Positions 13,110-25,099 of a stretch of DNA of 64,000 nt are shown one piece after another (positions within the stretch are counted from its first letter, which is position 1; each line of letters opens with the position of its first letter). Both the position numbers and the translations under genes were made by a program. Below the pieces are notes generated by a model. That model worked only from the letters and a program-made list of their open reading frames with translations, was not told the DNA's origin and did no database searches. The stretch is from Octopus vulgaris (lineage: Eukaryota), in contig OX597818.1 of NCBI GenBank assembly GCA_951406725.2, positions 15,810,001-15,874,000 on the forward strand. Direction: 5' to 3'.

Positions 13110-13330
13110 TATATGTGTGTGTGTATGGTTGTGTGTCTGTTTGTCCCCCCAACATCGCTTGACAACCGATGCTGGTGTGTTTGCGTCCCCTTAACCTAGC
13201 GGTTCGGCTTAAGAGACCGATAGAATAAGTACTAGGCTTACAAAGAATAAGTCCTGGGGTCGATTTGCTCGACTAAAGGCATGGCCACAGTCAAATGACT
13301 GAAACAAGTAAAAGTGTAAAAGAGTAAGAG
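13110..13330 (+). mobile_element. SINE family A 3' half
   Basis: TTTGTCCCCCCAACATCGCTTGACAACCGATGCTGG...GAAACAAGTAAAAG. Confidence 0.85.
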
Positions 13331-13614
13331 TGTATATATATATATATATACATACAAGTATGACCGCGTTACGGCTGCCCGGGACTTACAGGATTTCACA
13401 CTTACGGAAATTGTAAAATATGACCGTTAATTTCGCGATACAGTCTGTAATTTCACTCTTACCACAATTTGTATTGCGTAGTTTTAAATTGTTAGCAATT
13501 TAAAAAAGAAACTATACTTAGTTAAGTTCAAAGTATATAGTTAACGATCTGGAAAATTATCACATTACACCCATAGATGAACGCTCATATACACCTGTAT
13601 GTATAATCTGAAGT

Positions 13615-13870
13615 GGAGGCGCGTGGCTTAGTGGTTAGGGTGTCAGCACCATGATCGTAAGATTATGGTTTCGATTCCTGAACCGGGCGACGGGTTGTGT
13701 TCTTGAACAAAACACTTCATTTCAGGTTACTCCATTCCACTCAGCTGATAAAATTAGTAACGCTGTGATGGACTGGCGTCCCGTCCAGCTGGGGAACACA
13801 TACGCCATAGAAACCGGGAAACCGGGCCCATGAGCCGGCCTAGGCTTTAAAAGGGCGCATTTATTTTATG
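13615..13870 (+). mobile_element. tRNA-derived SINE (family B)
   Basis: GGAGGCGCGTGGCTTAGTGG (A box), GGTTTCGATTCC (B box), T-rich tail. Confidence 0.85.
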
Positions 13871-14110
13871 TTATTTATTCATGTATAATGTGAGTGTGTG
13901 TGTGTGTGTGTACACAGTTCCAATAACAGCAGCAACGACCGTATCGGCTGTATCCCTAACGGAAATAGCAGCAGAGCCATCGCCAATGACATCTGTAACA
14001 GCAATGGCAGCGCTTCCATTAATGACAATGGCCATGATAACAGTATCTTTACCAACGGTGTGTGTGTGTGTTTATAGCAACACGACCACCACCACCAACA
14101 AGGATATATA

Positions 14111-15298
14111 CGAGGTGGTATCAAAAAACACCCTGACTAGTTCTGTAGCGCAACAACAGATGGCAGCACACGGTTGCGTGAGCAGTGACCTTTATCAGGC
14201 AGTGTGCCCTAGTGATATCGCTATGTTTACTTCGCAAGTTGTAAAATTTGTGTTTTTGTGATCAAGTGTATGCTCTGTGGAGGCGCAATGGCCCAGTGGT
14301 TAGGGCAGCGGACTCGCGGTTTCGATTCCCAGACCGGGCGTTGTGAGTGTTTATTGAGCGAAAACACCTAAAGCTCCGCGAGGCTCCGGCAGTGGGGTGG
14401 TGACGACCCCTACTGTACTCTTTCACCACAACTTTCTCTCACTCTTCTGTTGGCATGCTCGCTTAGCCAGCGGGGTGGCATTATTTAAAGGCTAAAACGA
14501 TGCGAAGCGCATTGTGACCAGCGACGTGTAGCAACATCTGATAGCCTGGTCGGTCACGGTGATCACGGTGATGTATGCTGTAGTCTGCGATATTGTCATG
14601 GACAGGAAGTTGTAACAAAGAGCCAACGCGAGATTTTGCGTTAAACTTGAGAAGTCTGCTACAGAAACATTAAGCATTCTTCGGCACGCAATATTTCAAG
14701 TTGCATGGGCACTTCAAGACCTGAAGAACGTCCCAGGAAGACGATGAGCGATCTTGAAGACCTGCCACGAGCGTCACCCACGGAAATGTGGTATTGTGCA
14801 TCGATAATTCATTACCCAAGGTCAGACCGTTCATCGAGAGTTCTACTGCAACGTTTTGAAGCGCCTGAAGGAGGACATTCGGCGAATGCGACTGGATCTG
14901 TGGAGCGCGAAGAACTGGATTCTTCTCGACAACAGTGCACCCTGTCACCAAGCTCTCCTCACTCGTGAGTTTTTCGCCCATATCAACATAGTAGGGCTTC
15001 CGTACCTGCACTATTCTCCAGATTTAGCACCTGTATACTTCCATCTCTCCTCCAAGATGAAAATACAGCTCAAGGTCACCGTTTTAACACCATTGTCGAG
15101 ATCCAGAGTGAATTGTAGGTCCTCGACTTTCTTACGGAAAACGACTTCCAGGCCGGATTCCAAAAGTGACAGGAACGTTGGGACCGGTATATTGCTGCGC
15201 AAGGTGACTATTTTGAAGGAAATTCTGTTAAAATTTAAGTAAATAAGTTTTTTTTAAATTAAACATAAATATTCCAGGAACTTTTTGATACCACCTCG
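14111..15298 (+). mobile_element. Mariner transposon, internally deleted, with nested SINE
   Basis: TIRs CGAGGTGGTATCAAAAA/TTTTTGATACCACCTCG with TA on both sides. Transposase remnants QRANARFCVKLEKSATET and YSPDLAP (ORF 14856-15242). Confidence 0.92.
14279..14571 (+). mobile_element. tRNA-derived SINE inserted in the mariner
   Basis: A box TGGCCCAGTGG, B box GGTTTCGATTCC; TSD ~TGTATGCT on both sides. Confidence 0.85.
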
Positions 15299-15589
15299 TA
15301 GTATGAAGAAGATATGAAAATCCATTTGAAATAAGACACCTCCGAAAGTGGGGGGGGCGCCACGTCAAAACGGTAGAGGAGTAGGGGCCGAAACCGGACG
15401 TGGTTCCTCCTGATCCTATAAGCTGGATCCTATAAGCTGTAGTGGTAGCAGACCACGCAACACGGTTGAAATTCCTCCTGTGGCCATAGATACGATAGTA
15501 ATTCAAAATCAAATTAAAAAAACCAGTTTATGTAACAATTTGTCGAAGAAAAATGGTTAAACTTCTAATGTTCAAACCAGCCTTTATCG

Positions 15590-15770
15590 ACGAGTGCTGA
15601 TACAGAGGTTGCTACTAATTATACTGAGCAATCGAAGAAAGTGATTGCTGAAGGGGGCTACACACCAGAGCAAGTATACAATGTTGGTGAAACTTCACAT
15701 TCCTGCCAGAACTTTGTGTTGTGTATTTAGAAATAGTTACCTTCATGTATAAAGGTGATCATGTTGTCTA
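15590..15770 (+). mobile_element. Tigger/pogo transposase fossil
   Basis: From 15593: SADTEVATNYTEQSKKVIAEGGYTPEQVYNVGETS, matching the Tigger 'SAD..AA...IIEEGGY.PEQVFN.DETG' motif. Confidence 0.8.
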
Positions 15771-16291
15771 TACTCCGTTTTGTTTTGTTTTCCTGAAAGT
15801 CTGTTGGAGCGCAATCTCAATAGGATAATTAATTTCGCATTACAGTTAGATTTCATTTTCAGTTTGAAGTAGTGGACTGCTAAACAGTACGATATTATTA
15901 AATATTATTTAGCGATGTGTCACATTATGTCATTGACCTCTTGTTTAAATATTCTAATTATATTTGTCTGCAACCTCTACATTCAATAACAAGCATTGTA
16001 TTTGATAATCCAGTATATGTAATGTGTGTGTGTATGTGTGGGTGGGTGTACTTATGTATATATGTATGTTTGTATAAAATAATAATACAACACGAGGATA
16101 GAAATCAACAAGCTTTACTGATAGATCACGACGTACGTTTCTGCACTTCACATCAGCTTGAAGTTGCAAAGTTTATCATCATAAAGCATTTTGTAAGATT
16201 CCTCTTATTAATTACTATGTATTTGAATATTGCTTAACAGCTGCACGGGGCCGTTTCATATTCATATTTATATGAATATGAACCCTGTATA

Positions 16292-16381
<90 letters not shown>

Positions 16382-16404
16382 CAAAATAAGCAACAAGGAA
16401 TATC

Positions 16405-16520
16405 TTCGGTAATTTGGTACGATCGTTTCACGTTACATCATTTTATTAAACATTGTAAGTATTACAACAGTTTTAAAATGTTGAGCAGTCATCAGCCATT
16501 TATAGAGGTTTTCCATCAAT
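16405..16520 (-). ncRNA. Degenerate type I hammerhead in a TA-flanked element
   Basis: Minus strand: TGG-CTGATGA-[long stem II: CATTTTA..TTGTAA-TAC-TTACAA..TAAAATG]-GAAA-CGATCG-TA-CCA. Confidence 0.55.
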
Positions 16521-16604
16521 ACATATACTTATTTTCATGTTAGTTGATAACATAATAAAGAGGGTAGATATATAGACAGACAGAGATGTTGATTTGAAGG
16601 ATAA

Positions 16605-16835
16605 GCGAGCTGGCAGAACCGTTAGCACGCCGGGCGAAATGCGTAGCCGTATTTCGTCTGCCGTTACGTTCTGAGTTCAAATTCCGCCGAGGTTGACTTT
16701 GCCTTTCATCCTTTCGGGGTCGATAAATTAAGTACCAGTTAAGCACTGGGGTCGATTTAATCGACTTAATCCCTTTGTCTGTCCTTGTTTGTCCCCTCTG
16801 TGTTTAGCCCCTTGTGGGTAGTAAAGAAATAGGTA
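16605..16835 (+). mobile_element. SINE family C (Nin/Deu-like central domain)
   Basis: GAGTTCAAATTC B box, then GCCTTTCATCCTTTCGGGGTCGATAAATTAAGTACC. Copies at 32101 (-) and 62688 (+). Confidence 0.85.
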
Positions 16836-17129
16836 TTAGAATTTATCTTCTGGCTGAAGAATATTCTCTAAGTTATTTTGAACGGCAAGAAAGTGGGGAG
16901 GGATATTCCGTTGAATGGAGACAAAAGAAATTTTCTATTTATAGAAGTATGTAGGGGTGAAATAAATGTCAGAAGTTATTCTTAAAGAAATTAAAATGGA
17001 AAGGGGATTATAATTCCTTAGATGCTGTTTATTGCTATTTGTAGTTGATGAAATTGTTACTGCTGTTGAAGATTTGATGGTTGGTAACAAACTCTGGTTG
17101 AATGGGCTGTGAACAGCTGGAATCTAAGA

Positions 17130-17288
17130 ACATTATTTACATTATTTACATTCGATATTTGTCCTCATCTTGTTTGTTGTTAACGCAACATTTCGGCTGA
17201 TATACCCTCCAGCCTTCTTCAGGTATCTTGGGAAAATTTCGATCCTGGTTTCTCATTCCTAAGGTATTATTCGATGTTGTTGTTGTTG

Positions 17289-17323
<35 letters not shown>

Positions 17324-17441
17324 GTTGTTGTTGTTGTTGTTGTTGTTCAGGTCACTGCTTGGAATCGAACTCGGAATCTTGGGGTTAGTAGCCCGCGCTC
17401 TTAACCACTACGCCATATGCCCACGGGCATATGACGTAGTG
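17130..17441 (-). mobile_element. tRNA-headed SINE carrying a minimal hammerhead (family H)
   Basis: Minus strand: A box TGGCGTAGTGG (17415-17405), B box GAGTTCGATTCC (17372-17361), (AAC/AAT)n spacer, then CTGAAGA-A-GGCTG..CAGCC-GAAA-TGTT. Inverted copy of the head at 17425-17441. Confidence 0.8.
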
Positions 17442-17450
17442 TTGTTTCTG

Positions 17451-17802
17451 CTACGGTGGTCGTTGTTGTTGCTGTGATGGTTGTTGTTGTTGCCGTGGTT
17501 GTTCTTCTTGTTGTTGTTGCCGTGGTGGTAGTGGTGGTGGTTGACCAGTATTCGAAGAGAAAATACGTTGGAGTTTTTCAAAATGTCTGTTAATCGATTT
17601 AAATACCATTTCAATTTGTTTACATTTGTTTTGAATCTGCTTCTCGGAGCGATTTCTGAAAAGTTGAATTGTACGTCTGGCTATTTGGTCGCAGCATAAT
17701 GTGTCTGTTTTCCGTTTGGGCAAGACAGTACCATGAATTTATCAGAAGGTCTATTTCATTCTCAGACCAACTTTGTTTAGATTTTTGTTGCTGAGTAGTC
17801 AT
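17451..17802 (-). pseudogene. Frameshifted Myb/SANT(trihelix)-like protein with Pro/Gln-rich tail
   Basis: Two overlapping ORFs join via a 1-nt frameshift near 17724: SWSENEIDLLINSW...DQIARRTIQLFRNRSEKQIQNKCKQIEMVFK...PPPLPPRQQQQ. Confidence 0.5.
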
Positions 17803-17957
17803 CTTACAGTTTTTTTATCTTTTTTGTTTTTTAATATATTTGTTAATTATTGATTTACTCCTTACGTTAGTTTTTAGTTGTGTTGAAACAGAAATTAGTT
17901 GTGCTACAATAGCGAAGAATTAGTGTAGATTGTACTTGTTTTATGAATATTTACAGA

Positions 17958-18312
17958 GGCGTAGGAGTGGCTGTGTGGTAAGTAGCTTGCTTACGAACCA
18001 CATGATTCCGGGTTCAGTCCCACTGCGTGGCACCTTGGGCAAGTATCTTCTATTATAGCCTCGGGCCGACCAAAGCCTTGTGAGTGCATTTGGTAGACGG
18101 AAACTGAAAGAAACCCGTCATATATATATATGTATGTGTGTGTATATGTTTGTGTGTCTGTGCTTGACAACCGATGTTGGTGTGTTTACGTCCCCGTACA
18201 TTAGCGGTTCGGCAAAAGAAAACGATAGAATAAGTACTAGGCTTATAAAGAATAAGCTCTGGGGTAGATTTGCTCGACTAAAGTCAAATGACTGAAACAA
18301 GTAAAAGAGTAA
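17958..18312 (+). mobile_element. SINE family A, near full length
   Basis: GGCGTAGGAGTGGCTGTGTGG...GGTTCAGTCCC...GAAACAAGTAAAAGAG. Confidence 0.9.
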
Positions 18313-18984
18313 AATAGTATGCTTGAAGATAAAATATGTATATGATATGTGTATGCTTTGATGAGGAACTTTGTAATTCGAAAGTGAAGGGTGCTTGAGT
18401 TTTGTAAAATTCTGTGATAGTTTGATACGTATAGTTTTGTATATGTGGCTGTTAGTTTAAAGAGAGCGTTTTCAACAGAGATATATGAGTATGAAGTCAA
18501 AAGTATATTCGTAAATTCTGAATGAGCTATGAATTTAATAAAATCGTATATATATTGAATAGAATAACAGGAGAAATTTATATTGTACTCACGAGAAATC
18601 ATTTCTTTTTCCACAGATTATCGCAGGCAGTATGGGGTTCAAAATTAATCTTCTGTTGATTTCTTATCGCAGCTTTCGTAAGACTTAGGAATTAAAATTT
18701 AGAGATGTTTGATTTGATATGGTGTCTGTTTCTTCAACTACTTACTAAACAGAGCATTGAAAAACACGTCCGGGTGCCACGGCTGCTCATATGTATGAAA
18801 AAATCTTAACTGACCGGTTGGCAAGACAGATTAGTCCTGTTGCGTGGCACCTTGAGTATGTCCTCTATTATAGCCTCGAGCCAATCAAAGCCTTTTGAGT
18901 GGATTTGGTAGGAGAAACTAAAAAGCATATAAATATATGTTTCTATGTATATATATACACAAATGTATATGTCTGTATGAATAT

Positions 18985-19033
<49 letters not shown>

Positions 19034-19147
19034 TATATATATATGTATATATACATACATATATATATATATATATATGTGCATATGTATACATACATAT
19101 ATATGTACACACACACACTATATATATATATATATATATATATACAC

Positions 19148-19517
19148 TACCAACCACATAGTACCAGGTTCAGTCCCACTGCGTGGCACCTTGCGCAAGT
19201 GTCTTCTACTATAGCCTCGGGCCGACCAAAGCCTTGTGAGTGGATTTGGTAGAGGGAAACTGAAAGAAGCCCGTCGTATATATGTATATATATGTATATG
19301 TGTGTGTGCGTGTACGTTTGTGTTTGTCCCCCTAGCATTGCTTGACAACCGATGCTGGTGTTTATGTCCCCGTCACTTAGCGGTTCGGCAAAAATAACCG
19401 ATAGAATAAGTACTAGGCTTACAAAGAATAAGTCTCGGGGTCGAGTTACTCGATTAAAGGCGGTGCTCCAGCATGGCCGCAGTCAAATGACTGAAACAAG
19501 TAAAAGAGTAAAAGAGT
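19148..19517 (+). mobile_element. SINE family A
   Basis: Matches the family consensus through the GTAAAAGA tail. Confidence 0.9.
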
Positions 19518-19648
19518 ATATATCTATACATATACATCTATGCATATAAATCTATATATATACATCTATACATATACATCTGTATGTATACATTTATATA
19601 CATACATATATACATGCATACATATATCTATACATATATATACAAACA

Positions 19649-19686
<38 letters not shown>

Positions 19687-20305
19687 CATAGTTAATCCAA
19701 ACAATTAAACAAAAAAACACAACAACGCGAGGACGTGGAACAAATATAGTATTATTGGACGCTCAGGAAAGAAGGATACATATAAATCTATATATATATA
19801 TACATGTATATATATACATCTATACATATACATCTATATATACATATGTATGTATATGTGTGTATGTATGTATGTATGCATGTATGTATGTATGTATGTA
19901 TGTATGTATGTATGTATGTATGTATGTATGAGTGAATTAAAACTTGAAATGAAAACATTCAAAGAGAACGTGAGAAATCTTGCAAATGAAAACGAACAAT
20001 TCTCTATTGCTGCGTCCATACCGGAAGTTGATATTGAAAAACCTTTTGAAAGAAGTGAATCATATAATCAAACTTCTTTTCAAAAACCTTTCTGGCCCCT
20101 CCCGTGATTTAATTGGCAAGAAAAAATTCTCCTCACCCCCCACCAAAAAAAAAACTGCTGTGTACACATACCAAAACCATGATTTAAAAATTTTGCCGAT
20201 GCCTAATCGATGCTAGCTTTTATTTTTTTGCCGAGACATTGACACATTACTAATATATATATATATCATATAGGGGTAGTCAACTCGCTATTATACAATT
20301 TATTA

Positions 20306-20795
20306 CGGATCTTTTCTATTCTGAAGCCAGTTTTTTCAAATTTTTCCTACTGAACCAAACAATTTGAAACTTCGTATACTGGTAGAATGTGTCAAAAGTA
20401 AACTTAATTGTAAACCAGAATGAAAACGGAATTGTAACTTCTAAGTTTAACGTTGTTTAATAATTAGAATTTTAACCAATGATATTCCGTCATTCGGCTT
20501 TATTTTATTTACTCCGTCTCGACCACCAATTTCGTGACGTGTTGTGTAAGTGAAGTGCTTCTGTTAGTGTGTGTGAAGAGACAGAGAGAGTAATGTGTGA
20601 AAGAGAGAGATAACTGAATTTTTTTACTCGGTGTATGTGTATATGCCTGAATGTATGTGTGTATGTATCTGTGTATGTGTATGTATGTATGTATGTATGG
20701 CCGATTCAATGTAATTTTTTACACATACTTACACACACACACACACATACATACACACACACATGCAGACATACATATACACATACACCGAGTAA

Positions 20796-20842
<47 letters not shown>

Positions 20843-21155
20843 TTTATAAAAATATGGTAAAGTAAAAAAATTACTTTACCACACACAAAGCTTTTTAGAA
20901 ATAGCAGACGTCACAAAACTGCTTTCAACGTCACACTAACAGATCGCAGTAACGTTTTAGATATGAAAACAAGCAATCTCATTGGTTAAAATTCGCAGTT
21001 TTAATCTACGATTAAAGTCATAAAATAGATTTTTCTCAAATAAACTAGTTCCAACTGGCGAATAAACTAGTTCCACTCTATGAGTACACAAAGTTTCAAA
21101 TTATTTAGTTAACTAGAAAGATCTGGGGTCCTGGCCACAAATTTGAAAAGATCCT
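20306..21155. mobile_element. Non-autonomous DNA transposon with long imperfect TIRs (Kolobok-like, tentative)
   Basis: GGATCTTTTC/GAAAAGATCC termini; AATTTGAAACTT and GAATTTTAACCAATGA mirrored in the right arm. A related end occurs at ~49455-49590. Confidence 0.6.
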
Positions 21156-21832
21156 TTATTACAACTGTTAAGTATATTACACATTCTTTTGAATATTTTA
21201 ACAACGATTGTAAAAATATACACATACAAACAAAACGCCCCCCGTCCAATGGACGGTGCTGAGTTGTCAAACATTTAAACCACATTTTCTCAAAACAACT
21301 TGTCCGACCGTCCCATAGGCCTCCCCTTTGAGAAACACTGATTTAATCTAAATTTGAGACACCAACAAAAGAAGAAATAAAGATAGACTTTTTTTCTATT
21401 CCAAAGAAAGACGATTTTATTCACTTTATCGATCGCATTCTCACCTGGAATCGATTTTTGTAATTTTTTTCAAGACTTATACACGCCCTGATACCGTAGG
21501 TATCTACATATCAAATTTGAGCGCAATCGGATGGAGGATGCCTGAGATCCTAGAAGACACACACACACACACAGACAGAACAGATTTTATATAATAGATG
21601 TTAAATTTTAAAATTCAATTGTTTCCTAAGGGACCTCGTATTAAACCGGGTGGTAATTTTCAAACGACTGGGCTGCGCCGCGGGCTGAAACCTTAGAAGG
21701 AACATTAGATTTCGGAAGTGTAAGTGTAACTGAAATTTTTTGTCAAACTTTACTTACTAATTGCTGATGATTTGATAAGTGAATTTTTTTATTATAATAT
21801 CAATATTATCAATTTAAAATTATAAATTTCTT

Positions 21833-21894
<62 letters not shown>

Positions 21895-23013
21895 GAATCA
21901 GTGCCTCCCAAGACATCCCAGATTTTGTCGCCCCCTAGATGTTGCCACCCGCGAAATTTATTTCCCACTAGAGTTCCGGACCTCAGTAATGGACTCATTT
22001 ACATACAGCCAATCAGAGCTCACCTTGAAAATCCACATACTGTGTACTACTACAGTGAAGCCAGTTAGACATAGAATGGTGTATGTCACTCTGAGAGTAC
22101 AGTTTAGCAGGTCTCACATAAGCACATCACCCCTCCACCATCCTCATAGATCGATTGAGCACCATCTTCTATGGAGCTAACGTTAGGTACCTATGTGCAG
22201 ACTGACATTAGCAATACTGCATGTACCCATTGGTATATGCTAGGAGGGCGCAATACGACACAAAACCATATTGATTACTATGTTTCCAGGAACACCAACA
22301 TTTTAAATTAGGAATGTACAGAATTAGTCAAAAAATTAGGAAACTAGACTCATTTGGTAAATTACGCAAATTGGCAACACTTATGGCATCATCGGTGAGC
22401 AGCTCTCCATTTACTTTATACTCTAAATTTCACATTTGTCACTCCTATTAACCCGTTTAGCACAGTTAGATTTTGCTATAACGCACATTTTCCACTGAAC
22501 TGAACCAGGGTATTTTCGTGACCAGGTGGACACTAGTTTGATAGTTGAGCTATGACTGGCTGTAAGCAAATGAGTTCATAACTAGGGTCCGGAACACTCG
22601 TGGGAAACTAAATTTTGCTTGCCGCCCTAGGTGGTCTCCTAGTTTGCCTAGTGGTAGATCCGGCTCTGTAAGCACCAACAGAGCAGTTTCCCTTCTTGCG
22701 CACTAGTTATTGGTATTCAGTACGATGGCTTATGTAAACTAACTATTGTAACATTCATCTGTAAATAAACATCTTACTCAAATCTAGATATTTTGCATGG
22801 GTTTTGCATGGAAGCAGCACGCAGCCAAACCAAATAATACAGCTCTCAACTAAACAATGCAACACATGCGCGCATGTGCATATACATATGCACACACACA
22901 CGCACATTTGTATTTATGTATATGTGTGTGTATACATATATACATGTATATATATACTATTATACACACACACATATACATATATATATATACATACATA
23001 CATACATATGTGT

Positions 23014-23250
23014 GGAGGCGCGTGGCTTAGTGGTTATGGTGTTGAACTCATGATCGTAAGGTTGTGGTTTCGATTCCTGGACCGGGCGATGCGTTGTATT
23101 TTTGAACAAAACATTTCATTTCACGTTGCTGCAGTCCACTCAGCTTGGCAAAAATGAGTAATCCTGCGACGGACCGGTGTCCCGTCCAGGTGGTGAATTT
23201 GTACGCCAATGAAACCGAGAATGAAACTGGCATGGCTCGAGAAGGAACAT
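23014..23250 (+). mobile_element. tRNA-derived SINE (family B)
   Basis: A/B boxes as at 13615; tail GGCATGGCTCGAGAAGGAACA as at 3190. Confidence 0.85.
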
Positions 23251-23687
23251 TTATTTATTTTATATATATATACATTACCGATTTTCTGCGAACTAATGCT
23301 TCACTATGTCATTTAATCCGGACACAATTATGTGAGAAGACTTAAATTTCCCGTGAACTTTATTTATAACGTTTTACTTTACCAAACCTCCAGGACATGC
23401 ATTTGTTTATTCACAAATGACATATGTAGGCGGAACCACTTTCTCGATACCTAACTGTAATACAATGAAGTTGCAAATATTTAAAACTAAATCTATCACA
23501 TGCTGACACAATAAGGATCCACTCTCTGGAAAGAACAGAATAACAGTCTTTTTTATTTCTTTTTTAATCACAATTTTTTTTTACAGTTTTTACAAGAAGA
23601 AAAGAAAAAAATCATTAAGATTATAAAAGATCAACTTATCAAGACCTCACCACCACAAAGAAAAAGAGGAAGATTGTGACATCCTTA

Positions 23688-24310
23688 GCTCAGCACCGCC
23701 CTACCTGCCTCTGTTCCGCTTCGCAACCCCATCAACCTGATGTTGAGTACATTTGTATCGAAGTGCCCCAGCGCCTCTGTCTCTATGCAAGTAGGCTTCA
23801 CGAACGGAACTGTAGTTGATGAGTTCGACCTTCATCCATTATCCTGCATTCATAGTGCGGGTCAGTTCGACACGCCGCTCTGAACAACATAATAAGAAGG
23901 GGCTGTGAGACGGCTGTCTTCCCGTAACAACTGAAGCCAGTAGGTTTTGACCGTGGGGACTGGTAAGCGCCCCGATGAAATGATCCTTCTCCCATGCGAA
24001 CGAGGCAAATCCCTAATCTGGGACATGACGTCCTACGTCACATTCTCCGTCTCCAGCAAACCCGGATATCGCCGCTCATAACACAGAGGAGTGAAAGTTA
24101 AACAAATACGGGAGCCTGAATGATCGCTTGTCTGTTCGCTTCGATCGCCGTCGAGAATTCAAGTGTTCTCGGACCCTGCGCTGCTGATTTGCTACATAAA
24201 AATCAGGATAACAGCGCCCCGTGTGAGAAATGAGCCTCATGAGGTGGGGCGAATGTTGTAACGAACGTCGCTGGCCATTCTGCATGGCAACTTTGCAGTT
24301 ATGTCCGTGA
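23688..24310 (+). mobile_element. CRE-clade non-LTR retrotransposon fossil (Zn-knuckle + restriction-like endonuclease)
   Basis: With frameshifts: GTVVDEFDLHPLSC..SAG/RHAALNNIIRRG..GD/GKRPD..GKSLIWD..KLNKYGSL..IAVENS.VLGP..RTSLAILHGN. Confidence 0.85.
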
Positions 24311-25099
24311 GATGTGGTTGAATACGCCATTTGGTCTGGGGTGCACAACCTGTTACTCCCTACACCTCCACCATCTTTTGCAGCTAAATTTCCCCAAATC
24401 ATATTCAGTGCAGAGAATATTGTTCCATATTGCTCCAACCTATGAACATAGCACATTTATGCAAAACTTACGTAATTTTTAAAAATAGAGTGATGGATGG
24501 TATATATATACCATCTGGTAGCGTCTGTTTATGTTCAGGGTTCTCAACTTGCGCAGTCAATAAGCCATTTTGCGGTAGATTAATATACAAGAAATAGCAG
24601 CCAAATCTTCTTCAAATTACTATCTAGCATCGTGATAAGAAAATGAATACGTTAGACGATGTAATCCACGATATATAAGAAGACAGGTTGGTCATGACTG
24701 GAACACTTATCATAAGTTTGATTGAATAGAGTTCACTCGGGACTAATTAACAACAAATCAGCAATTATTCAATGTAATTTGATTTCAGTTAAAATACCAC
24801 CTTACCACCAAATTTGTAGCATTGTCAGTCATTTAATATCATTTTATAAACACTGGATGCACACGCGCGCGCACATATATACATATGCATACTCGAGTAT
24901 ACATGTGCGTGTATATGTACATGCACAGAAGCTTGCATATAAATCAGCATGCATTTGCGCATGCACAAAAGTATCCTTATGCACGTAGTACCCTCATGCG
25001 CATGTTTTCTACATTGTTCTTCATTACTGGTCACTTTTTTTGTACTTTTGTACTGAAAAGCCTGATCCAATATCTTTCGTGAGATTTTGTTGAATGAAT

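Noticed and set aside
15300-15500. GC-rich patch with CCACGTC/GACGTGG stem and a 14-bp tandem duplication
   Set aside because: Single copy, with no recognisable motif or complete ribozyme core.
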